Of a stretch of DNA of 64,000 nt, positions 39,877-50,169 are shown piece after piece (the stretch's first letter is position 1; the number at the start of each line of letters is the position of its first letter). The notes beneath the pieces were generated by a model, which was not told the origin of the DNA, made no database searches, and was given only the letters and a program-made list of their open reading frames with translations. Source of the stretch: Stylophora pistillata. Its lineage: Eukaryota. The DNA is taken from the NCBI RefSeq assembly GCF_002571385.2, contig NW_019217954.1, positions 506,566-570,565 on the forward strand, given 5' to 3'. A program made the position numbers and the translations under genes.

Positions 39877-41892
39877 ATGGAAAACATCACTTCTCCTCCA
39901 CCAAAAGTACCAAAAGACTCCGAGAGTTCGCATGTGGGGCTTCAGATTGCGTTTTGCCTGATCGCAACGACTTCGTTCGCCTTCAATCTGTTGTTTTGTG
40001 TGATGCTTTTGAGAAACCCTACCATGCTCAAGAAAGCTCATAACATCTTGTTGTTTAGTTTGGCTGTCGTAGATGTGTTGACAGGTTAGTACATGATCCA
40101 ACGATTTGTCAACATTGTGTTAAAAAAGCATACGGGTAGTTTTTTCTTTAATATATCTTAAAGGAGAAGGGTCAGATACATCACAGAAATGCTACCTCAG
40201 AAAGCTCAATGGATAAATCACAAATCACTTCTGTGACAACATGGATAGTTTATCATCGAGGCTCTCTCGGGGATTTTTTAATGCAATGGATTGCTGCCAA
40301 AACAATTATAAGGATAACCGATGAGAAAAATTGTTTTAGGGATAATGAAGACAAGTTCAAGTTGCATAATAATTATACTTTTTTCTTATCTGTTTATTTT
40401 TCTGATGATATTTGCTACATTTTTGAGTATCAATTTTTGATCTTGACTTAATCAGTCAGTCCAGGTTAGTTCGAGCTCGGAGGTTATAACTTTAATGATT
40501 TTAGATTGTTCCCGCAAACATTGTCATGAACATGTAGTTTAACAACGGAATTGTAACAGCTCAGGGATACGATCTTCGTGTGATAAACTCGTGCATAATA
40601 CATGTCAGCCGGTAAGAACGTTTACGAACTAGGTTTACGTGGTAGAGACTGCGTTATTCAAGCACCTCCAGCTCTTTATGCACTACTTGCCCCTCGCCCT
40701 TGTCTGGGGCAATGACGGTGGTTGTCTCCCATAACTAAGCCACTTAATACTTTTAGGGAGAATGAACAATTATGTCCAGCCAATGTGGCCTCGTGTTTTT
40801 CTATTAAATAGCAGTAAACGTTATTAGTTAAGCCTTAATGCGTGATAGAACCCTTGCATTCTGTAGTGCAGAGTTGTTAATGACTAATTTGGAGTTATCA
40901 GCTATGCATCTTACAGACTGTTGTTACGGACCTCTGTCATAAGCCACTTCGCTAGTCACTGACTTGTTCGACAGATCGAGATTTCCTGGTATGAAAGTGT
41001 TTTAGTGCACGGTACTTGTTCATGATTCCATCATCCATTGGTTGTGAAACTGTGACATGATAAACATAGTTCTCACGGTACAATACTTGATAAACGAGGT
41101 CTTTCATTTCCCTGTTAACTTTCAGGTGTCTTTATCGTCGCCACCCCTGGTTACGTCATCCTGAAGTCCTCTTACCCAGTCCCCCACGGAGCAGGAGGTG
41201 AAGTTTTCTGCCGTCTTCTCAGCAACAGATATTTGTTGTTCGCCATGGGAAAAGTCTCCATCCTCCTCGTAGCTTGCTTGGCCATTGAGCGATGGTTCTG
41301 CGTCTTTAGACCAATGAAATACGAGAAACACTTTAGCAGGAAACGCGTTTTAATTTACGTAGGCGTTATGTTTATTGTAACCTGCATTCTCTCCATGAAT
41401 AAGTTTTTCGAGATAAGTGTTTCTGGAGAGAAATGCATCACAAAGAAAGCACCGTATGGTAAGGAAGGAACGCGGGCTTTCATTGTCACGTACAGTGTAA
41501 TTACTTTCTACATGCCGTGTCTCTCGACATGGTTTACTTTTGCTGATATAGCAATCAATCTTCCATCATCCCCAAGTGGGAGTGCCAATGTTGAGACCGA
41601 GCGCAAGTTACAGAAAGTTCTTCTGCGCATGTGCGCTTTAGCGGCAGTCGCTCTAACAGTCTGTGGTTTTCCTGCTCAAACCATTTATACCCTGAGTCCT
41701 TTTGGGATCACTAAGATTGGCAGCTCGGTACACAAAACTTTCAACGTTCTCGTGCTTTTCAATTCTTGCATGAATCCCTTCATATATTATTTCTCTAACA
41801 AGGAATACAGAAAGGCCTTTAAAGATCTTCTCAGATGCAAAGGAAAGCAGAGTGGAAGAGATATGGAGTTAGAGACTCAAGTGACTGGATAA
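39877..41892 (+). CDS. Orphan rhodopsin-class (class A) GPCR, peptide-receptor-like, 2 coding exons, 324 aa; not an opsin
   Basis: Exons 39877-40084 (MENITSPP...HNILLFSLAVVDVLTG) and 41126-41892 join in phase 1. Motifs: N-glycosylation NIT, LAxxD, TM3 Cys (FCRL), LAIERW, CGFP, NSCMNPFIY. No TM7 lysine. AATAAA at about 42402. Confidence 0.9.
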
Positions 41893-44360
41893 GTTCATTA
41901 TCGTGATGGTAACTAGTTATCCTTTCTGTCACCATTGATTTCATCAAACCTCAGTATGGGCTAGAGCAAGACTTTTAAATACATCCTGACTTCCTTGAAT
42001 CTTCTGTCGTTTTAGTAGTGTTTTAAGCCCTTCGTTCTTACTGAGGAGGCCTCACTCTCTAAGAGAAGCAATTGGTCTCTGGGGACAAGAATGCTACATA
42101 ATTTGAAGAACGCAATAAGAACATTTAATGCAATAATAGTTCCCAACGCGCCTACGAAAATTGTCTTTCGCTAATTAAGAACTTTCCCGATTTTGACATA
42201 GTTTCTAATGGCTCGTCAATTATGTAATTTAAATAGTCAAAGCTAAGTTTATTACAAAATCGTATTTTCTTTACTTACATTTTATGACCATAGTATACTA
42301 TATGGATGTCCAGAGCTCACTATATTCTGCTATCTTTCTTGCATGTCATTGTGCCAATTATGCATAAATTGTAGTCGTAGTTTCATGAGAGTTTAACATA
42401 CAATAAAAGCCACCTAGTAAATAAGTCTTTATCGTCTTAATAGATTTGATTACTGAGTTTCATTACGACATCATATATGCGCGTTTCAGATGAAAAAAAA
42501 AGACAACGTATAGATAAACCGTAAATATAGTTGAATAAGCTAGAGAACCCCCGTAATTTATTTTCGCCCCATGCGTCAAGATAAAGTCTTAATGTGCCCA
42601 CAGTGAGAAAATGATAACGATAACCTTAGGTAAAATCAACCTTTGTCTTAGCTTAAAGCTCCTCTGGTAATAGTTGACTCAAGGAAATCCTAAACAGCAA
42701 CTCTATATCTTCAGCTAGTACATAGAATGACTTACGCAAATTTTCTCTTGTAAGCTGGTGCAAGATCAGATTTACCTATTGAAGACGTTTGCTTTAGGAA
42801 TGAAATGAATCTTGTACACGCAGGAATGCTCATATCTTATCTTTCTCAGCCCCAAGTACAGACAGAGAATTTTCATTAGAAGCTGTAAACTCATCTTTAT
42901 CTTATTCTACATTTCAGAGAGATATCTTAGATATTTCGTTCGGGTTAGAGGTCAATATGACCCAGCGTTACCGTCAGTACATTTGTTATCATCAGGAGGC
43001 AGCAGAAAAGTGAAAACATTCAAATCGTTTCTTAAGATGAAATTTTGACCCTTAACTAAAACCTTAATTAAACTGAAAGGCAGGAAAAAAAAAAAGAAAG
43101 AGAGAAAGAAAGGAAAAGATATCGTAGGGATTTTCATTGGAATAGTAACACGATAGGATTCTGTCCACCGATTCAAAACCCAGAATGACAGATCATCTCA
43201 CCATACGGATTATATTGTCGGAGTTAAAAGGTTATGAACCCATACATTGTTCTTTGACTGTTTGCCTTATTGTTTTGTCTTGAAGCGTCATTGACCTAAC
43301 ATTGTTTATTGATGTAACAATATAAAGTGCCTCAAATAACGTAAGTTTAATTTTGTTATGAAAGTCTGTCAGGATTACCAATGCTTATTGATCGCTTCTT
43401 TCATGTACTACAGTTATTCAATATTGCTTTTCCTGTCAGTTGCTTCTTGTTTGCGTGGAAAATTGCCATTTATGACTGAAATTGGGTGATAGAAGTTGGC
43501 CTTCGTTAACTGGAGAAGTCAAAAAGCATGAGCATTACCATTCAAAGTCATGTAGGTAGTTGAACTCATTGATACAGTGTTTGGAGAACCTTCCCTAAAT
43601 TTCAAACTCTTGTAGTACAAGTAAAGTAGGTAAATTTAACCTGAAACTTGTAATCTTTGTTTCAATCTAAAAAATGATCGAAACGCTAAAAATCTATGGC
43701 CGTGAGCTCATAAGGTGACAAGGCCTGTTGTATTTGAATTTGAGAATTTCCGTCGAAGAATGGAAGAAACTGCAGCTACACGCAGGAGTACAAGAGACGA
43801 AAAACAGACACGTTTTTCAGTTTTGTCCCAATATCGAAGTTTGCAAACTTTTTTCAAGCTGTTGTCATCACGTTGAAACAGTGCACGGCACATTTGCTTT
43901 GATGATTTAATCGAAGTATTAATCTGTACAGCGACTTGGAAAGTATCGACTTCAGATGCAGACCCAATCATCCCAAATGTACACAGGAAACATACGTAAA
44001 GGGATATATGTACTCGTCCTTAATCTCAAAAGAATTTCCCCTAGCTCAGATTGGAACATGCGGACGTTTATTCCAGCGAGGCTGTGGTTACTCTAATGCC
44101 GGATTATGTGGAATCTAATCAAAGATTTTTTCCTCCTCTCGCCTGCACTCGCGACTAATCAAATAAACATGATCATTCTTCACTGCCGAAAATAATAGGA
44201 GGATGTGGAGGGCGTCTAAGGGGCAGTGCCCCCTTTTTCTTGGATTCCTCTAAAATTTTCCACTTTTGAGTGGCATTTTGGTATCACCCTGAGCCTGTTG
44301 AATTCTTTCCAAAGCCCTTTCGGCCTCACCGATGAATGCGAACCAAAGATTGTCACAATA

Positions 44361-45266
44361 CTACTTCGCACACCGAATAGTGCATTTGATCTGTCGCCTC
44401 AATCTCTTGTTCCGAAAAACGTAAACTATGGGATTGAGGCAGTATGATGATTTAGCTAAGTATGCTGGGATAGATGCTGCTACGTCACTGATAACGTAAG
44501 GTCCACCAATCATCGATATAATTGACACTATTGCATATGGAGTCCAGGCCATGAGGAATGCCACGGTCATTATTCCGAAGAGTATTAGCATCTTGTGTTC
44601 CATTTCAGTTGCTATTCTTGTGAAGTTCGACGTCTTCCCCCAAATGGTTTTTGCTCTTCTTGTTCCCGACACAATTTCTTTGCAGCATTTAAAATATGAA
44701 AAACTCATTACACTCACAGGCAGTAGAAAACAAGCGAATATTAGGCAAATATTGTAGGAGAGATCAAGTTTATCACGCGACCTCCACTTGACGGCACAGC
44801 TTGTGCCAATTCCCTCCTGCGCATACCCTGACCATCCACATAGGGGCATAACACTCCAGAACAAAGAATACAGCCAAAGTGCGACTGAAATACGGACAGC
44901 TTTTTGAAAGGTGATAGTTGTACTGCTCGTGAGGGGGAACACTAGAGCGTTGTATCTCTCATATGAAGCAGCTGCTAAATGCATCATCGAGACCAGCCCT
45001 GAGAAAGCAGTTATAAATGCAGCCGCCTTGCAACCTTTTTCTCCGTAACTCCATCTCCCGTAAGCGTTCGTAGCAATGAGAGGTGGCAATGTGGTCGCTG
45101 AGAAAAACAAATCACTTGCGGCAACACTAGTAATGAACACGTTCGGTGGAGTACGAAATTGTTCGCTCTTGTAAAACACCAGGCAAATAAGAAAGTTTAA
45201 AACAACACCTGGAATAAAGATAATCGTGGACGCAACAGTAAAAGCGATGTAAATTGTGGCAACCAT
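44361..45266 (-). CDS. Opsin paralog 2, intronless CDS, 301 aa
   Basis: ATG at 45266 (GCAAAGATGG; MVATIY aligns with MVPTIY of opsin 1). Motifs ERY, EGIGTSC, AWTPYA, AKSSYCLNPIVY with K296. Gapless alignment to opsin 1; very short C-tail. Confidence 0.95.
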   Translation of the reverse strand: MVATIYIAFTVASTIIFIPGVVLNFLICLVFYKSEQFRTPPNVFITSVAASDLFFSATTLPPLIATNAYGRWSYGEKGCKAAAFITAFSGLVSMMHLAAASYERYNALVFPLTSSTTITFQKAVRISVALWLYSLFWSVMPLCGWSGYAQEGIGTSCAVKWRSRDKLDLSYNICLIFACFLLPVSVMSFSYFKCCKEIVSGTRRAKTIWGKTSNFTRIATEMEHKMLILFGIMTVAFLMAWTPYAIVSIISMIGGPYVISDVAASIPAYLAKSSYCLNPIVYVFRNKRLRRQIKCTIRCAK

Positions 45267-45563
45267 CTTTGCAGAGTAAATTACAGTTGAAGACGATGAA
45301 AGATAAATAGTTGTCACTCATGCTTCCGTAATGGTAGCCCGTTCATAGGTTAGAGTTTGGAGTCAATGATACTAAGAGCAGCTGCTGTTTTGGTAGCTTG
45401 GAAAATATGGAATGCCGGAATACCCGAATACCCGGAATTCCCGGAATGACCGAAAAATAATAAATTTTTAAAAAATAAAAGTAAATTGATAAGTAAATAA
45501 GAATATTGAAAATCAATGGTAAGTTCAAAACTTAATTAATTTAACTTAATTTAATACGAAATT

Positions 45564-48190
45564 TTTATTATATATACCTTGAATATATATAATATTTTAT
45601 TAACAATTGTATAGGAAAATAAAAATTAAAACTTCGCACTACAGATCTGTTTCGAAAGGGTTAAAAAGTCCTCTCTCGTCAGGTGCATAAGATACTGGCT
45701 GACTCACGATCCTTTTTAAGATGGCGGTTTAAGCATGCCTTAACAAGTATTTAGTTGAGTGCCGGCACGCACTCGCCAGTTCGTTCCTTTTGTTTAGGGT
45801 GCCCGCCCCTGTTCTGCATATGATGAAGAATTTTTCAGTTATGCAAAGATTGCATCTCTTTGTAGTATTCGAGTACGGCCTGGCGCGAGCCATTATTTTC
45901 CAGGCCACGGAAAATTCCGTTTCAGCATCCTTTAGGGACCAGATATATTTGCTCAACTCTGTTGCGTTCCTTTTGTTCTCATGTCTAAATTTTCTTGCGA
46001 TTGAGAGTTATCTTGTTTTAAATTGGTTTGCAGTAAGGCCGACGTACGTTTGGGTTCCCAAGGGACTTTCAACTGTGGCCTGGTAGACCACATTTTGAAT
46101 TAGACAATTGCCATGTAGCGGACAAGAGTGTTTGTCTCTACAATTGCATGAATTTTCTTGCGATTGAGAGTTATCTGCGAGGGAGGACTTGTTGAGGGCG
46201 TTGATTTTTCTTTCTAAATTTGGCATGCCTGAATAGCTCACTTTCAAAGTGTTCCTATTAAAAATTTTTCTTAGCGGGTGCCCTGATGAAAAGGATTCTT
46301 TTACGATGCCTAAAAATTTTTTTCCCACGTTAGTAGCAACGTTCTTACTAAAACGTGGGTTATACCAAGTTATATCTCGGTGTCTTCTTCTCCCTTCTGT
46401 ACTCCTCTGGTCTTTAGTTGTGTCAAATTTTAAACGGTGATTGTAGCCACTTGCTTCTAACGCTTGCTGATAGACGGGTGCTGCTTTGTCTGTCCGATGA
46501 GATTTCGCTAAGCCTTTTATCATCGCCAGGGGAATGTTCTTTAGGATGGAAGGTGGATATTTACTATCACGGTGCACATACAGAGGTGTGTTGTTAGGCT
46601 TTGAATATGGCTCATGAGATCCTTTGTTTAGATTCAAAGTGACATCAAGAAAGTTGACCACTTTTTTGTTTGCTTCGATAGTTATTTTCAAGCCGTTGGT
46701 ACTGAACACTTTGCAAATATCTTTTTTTAATTTTTTCGATCTTTCTCGGCGTTTGCTAGAATGTGCACAGGCCGTCATCGCTGTATAAGCCTATATGTTG
46801 AATGCTTTTTGTTCCATGAGATCCTATGTTTAGGTTCAAAATGATATCAAGAAAGTTGACCACCTTTTTGTTTCCTTCGATTGTTATTTTCAAGCCGTTG
46901 GTGCTAAACACTTTGCAAATATCTTTTTTAATTTTTTCGATCTTTCTCGGTGTTTGCTGGAATGCGCCCAGGCCGTCATCCCTGTATAAGCCTATTTGTT
47001 TTCTGATATCTTCTGGGTAGTTGGTTTAGTAAGTACGATCCCAGTAGTTCACAGGTTTCCGCACCGTCATACGAGCCCATTGTAACATCAAATGAAGTTG
47101 TTGAATGCTTTTTGTTCCATGGGGTGTTGTCGTTGAATAGAAGTGATTGCTTGGTGTGAAAAATAATTCTTCTGTCTTCCGCGGAATTGCCGGTATAGGA
47201 AGCCGCGAAAGATAGGGCATCGCTTAGAAGCTTGTGTGAAATGGACGGGTAGAAGTTTACAATATCAAAGGCAATGAACGAGTGATGGTCTTTGTTAGGG
47301 ATATTGATGAACCAGTCGAGGGTCGCTCTTGTGTTTTTCCTTTGATGAACGTTGGTCTTATCGATGACGGCTTTGTTTATCTTATCAAGGATTTGCTTGC
47401 TTACTTTGCCTAACTTTGATTTGATCGGATTAATCAGGCGGCATGTAGGGTTGTTCTGAAAATTGTCCTGGTGGTCTTTCAAAGTGATGAATGATTCATT
47501 AGGTGCCAACATTTCAACTCTATCGTCTATCTTTAGGGTTTGGGCGAGGACTTTCGCTTAGGTGTTAATATGTGTTTCTGCGTTAGCGGGGGCTTTCTTG
47601 TACTCCTTCTCTATGTCTTTATTCAGCAGTTTTTTATAATCGCTGGCATTCATCTTGTAGAAATTCGTGGTTTTGTCTGCTGGTACATACAGGTTACTGT
47701 CCTTGTTGATGGAATCGACGTGCTCTGATAATTTTTTCTGGAATTCGGAAGGGCGGGGAGCTTTGAATTCGATGTTTCGGATCAGGTTAGTCATCTTAGC
47801 TTCGAATTCATTAAGCTCAGGCAGTTGCGGTGGTGTTTTCTTTGAGTTAAAGCCGTATGTTTCGCGGTGGTCGGACACTGATGATGTATTAAGGAAGTGG
47901 TAGGCGCGCCAGCGCATTCTGTTGATAAGCCTATCCGTCATTTCAATCAGCCTTTTCAGGTATTCCTTGTTAGTCGGTATTGGTATGTTCTTGGTTGAGC
48001 AGTTAAAATTAAACTTTTCCAGGTCGACTCGTGATAATAGAGTGCTAAACTTGAGGAGCACACAGAAACGTACAGGATAATTTATTATATATACCTTGAA
48101 TATATATCTTTGAATATAAACCTTGTACTGATGGATTCTTGTAAACAAGGTTTATATTCAAAGCTATATATTCAAGGTATATATAGTAAA
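45564..48190 (-). mobile_element. Penelope-like retroelement (Naiad-type; RT + C-terminal GIY-YIG endonuclease), decayed near-full-length copy
   Basis: Frameshifted pieces: (C)TG start at about 48022, then EKFNFNCSTKNIPIP..RMRWRA..ADKT; RT FDIVNFYPSI, MGSYDGAETCEL, GLYRDDG; FLDVTLNL..YSKPN..PLYVH; ITWYNP; CNCR..CPLHGNC; VVYQATV..TYVGLT..FKTR; CNLCITEK..LNKRNE..CRH, ending at 45729. A 27-bp terminal direct repeat lies at 45564-45590 and 48081-48107. Confidence 0.93.
45636..45686 (-). ncRNA. Type I hammerhead ribozyme in the 3' region of the Penelope-like element
   Basis: Minus strand GCAC-CUGACGA-GAGAGG-ACUUUUUAAC-CCUUUC-GAAA-CAGAUCUG-UA-GUGC: intact core, stem I GCAC/GUGC, stem II GAGAGG/CCUUUC, palindromic stem III ACAGAUCUGU. 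GUA cleavage predicted between 45640 and 45639. Confidence 0.9.
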
Positions 48191-48404
48191 CGCGAAAAGG
48201 TGTCGAGTAACTGACGATCTCTCAAGTTTAACTGTAGACGGCTGGTCTTAATGGTAGCTGCATTGATAGCTCCCAATGTGTGGTTAATAATTATTTAAGG
48301 TAGACTATTAATTTGTAATAGTTCGGAGCTTTTTACGATTGAACTATTAAACTAATTGGAAATATTGCGTTTGTTTAATTTTCTGCAATGGTTCCGGCTG
48401 GAAA

Positions 48405-48577
48405 AGCGTGGCGGCCTAACGGTCATGGCGCCCTAGACATCCTACAGGTGTGTAAATGGGTGGAGGCGAATTTAAAACGGAGAGTGGATCGACTAGCATC
48501 CCATCCAGGGGGAAGGGAAAGTAGAAATATTTCGTCGCTTAGGCTGTATGGGCTACTGGCCTGACGCAGACTTTTTT
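48405..48577 (+). mobile_element. Internally deleted tRNA-SINE fragment
   Basis: tRNA-like head GCGTGGCGGCCTAACGGT; body GACTAGCATCCCATCCAGGGG..AGTAGAAATA; tail GCAGACTTT. Confidence 0.6.
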
Positions 48578-50169
48578 AAATTCTAATACGTGCATCTCCA
48601 TGAACAGTGCCGGGAAGTGTCTTTTTTTTTGGGACCCTCAGAGAAAAATTTCGTTTTAAATTATTTGATTAAGTTGTGAATTTACCATTAATTTTTAATC
48701 ATCAATATTCTCATTTATTTATTAATTTACTTTTATATTTTTTAAATTTATTATTTTTCGCTCATTCCGGGGAATTCCGGGTATTCCGAGTATCCGGTTT
48801 CGGTTCCGAATTCCAGCATTCGATATTTTCCAAACTACCCTGCTGTTTCTGTTGAGGTGATCTGATTGGATGACGAAAGTCGTATTTAGATAACAGCGAG
48901 ATCTGATACTTTTTAGTAATCCGTTCTTGAGAACGATTAAAAGTCGTAATATTTTTAGCTTGACATCGAAGACGTATCCTTTAATGAAGACAGTCGAATT
49001 CTGGAGACAAGGTTACTGAAAATATTTAAATTACTCCCTGACCGCCTTCATGCGATGTTGAAAGAGATTGCAATGCACTCTGCAACGTGACCAACCTGAA
49101 TACAGCCTCGAGTCTGATTTACATCTGGTGAATTCTGACCCAATACGAGCCATTCTAAATTTTCTACGAGAAATTCTAATTATGGAAAACTCACTTGATG
49201 TTTTTATTCTTCGTCTGGGTTTTGTGAAGTAGTTAACAAAAACTATCCGCTCCCCAAAGTATAATGTATCAATATTGTAGTGTAAAAAGTGTCAAAAAGA
49301 TAACGATATCGGATGTTTTTATCTGGCTTACATGTTTATCTCCGGTAGTTGAAGCCATCTTTCATGCAACTTGAATAGCTTCTCACGCTCATCTTCTTTC
49401 AAAATAATTGCCCCTCGTTAAAACCACTGAAATCAATCTTAACCTTCTCGGACTGAAAGACTTTACGTGTTTTTCGCCGCCGACTTCACCTCATTCTCAC
49501 TACTCTCTCCCTGAGGGAGAGTACTCCGTCGCAGCTGGAAAAAAAAAAAAAGGAAATGAAATGAAGCAAAACAAACAAAAACAATACCAATATCGTTTTA
49601 ATTTGCAATCGTGCCTAGAGATATTTTTCGCAGTTTTGTTTGGTTTCAAAATGGCCTACAAAGCGATCTTTTCATTTTCTTTTCAGCCAAGCGGGTGTCG
49701 CTCAGTTCCCGCTTGGCAGAAAGGAAACGGAAAAAACACTGCTACGTGGGTTTGTTTGTTATTCATTTCCTTCCGTTGAGTTTGCCGCTAATACAAAATG
49801 GAATTCTCAAAAAATTATTTCTGCTTGGATCTAAAAATAAACGAATATTCCGGACTTTGACACTTTGAACGTTGAACCTTATTCCTTGCCTGTCCTGAAC
49901 AAGTACTCATGTGTTAAAAGATGTTAAATGATAATTGATGGAAATTCTCCCTACTTAACATGTCAGACAGGAGCCTCTTCCTCGAAAGTGCTAAAAAAAA
50001 CCTTACGTGTTTCCGCGCAGTATCTGCAATTTCCCGCGTTTTCGCTCACTGTTGTTCGAGAAACTTGCGCGTTCCCTCGTTAGGGAGGAGAGCTGGGTAA
50101 TAAACTGGTTGAATCCAACATGGCGGGACGTGGCGGTGGATATTGTGAGAACTGCAGTGAAATGACAGC

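Larger units (their letters stand above)
45391..48840. mobile_element. Long-TIR (foldback, Mutator-like) DNA element hosting nested insertions
   Basis: About 175-200-bp imperfect inverted arms 45391-45566 and about 48643-48840, starting GGTAG(C/T)TTGGAAAATAT. TGCTGTTT is duplicated at 45383-45390 and 48841-48848 (or CTGCTGTTT(T/C) as a 10-mer). Confidence 0.8.

Noticed and set aside
45729-48022. Selenoprotein-type or still-active Penelope element
   Set aside because: The breaks examined are frameshifts, a TAA and rearrangements, and the start codon appears to be CTG; no TGA read-through pattern seen.
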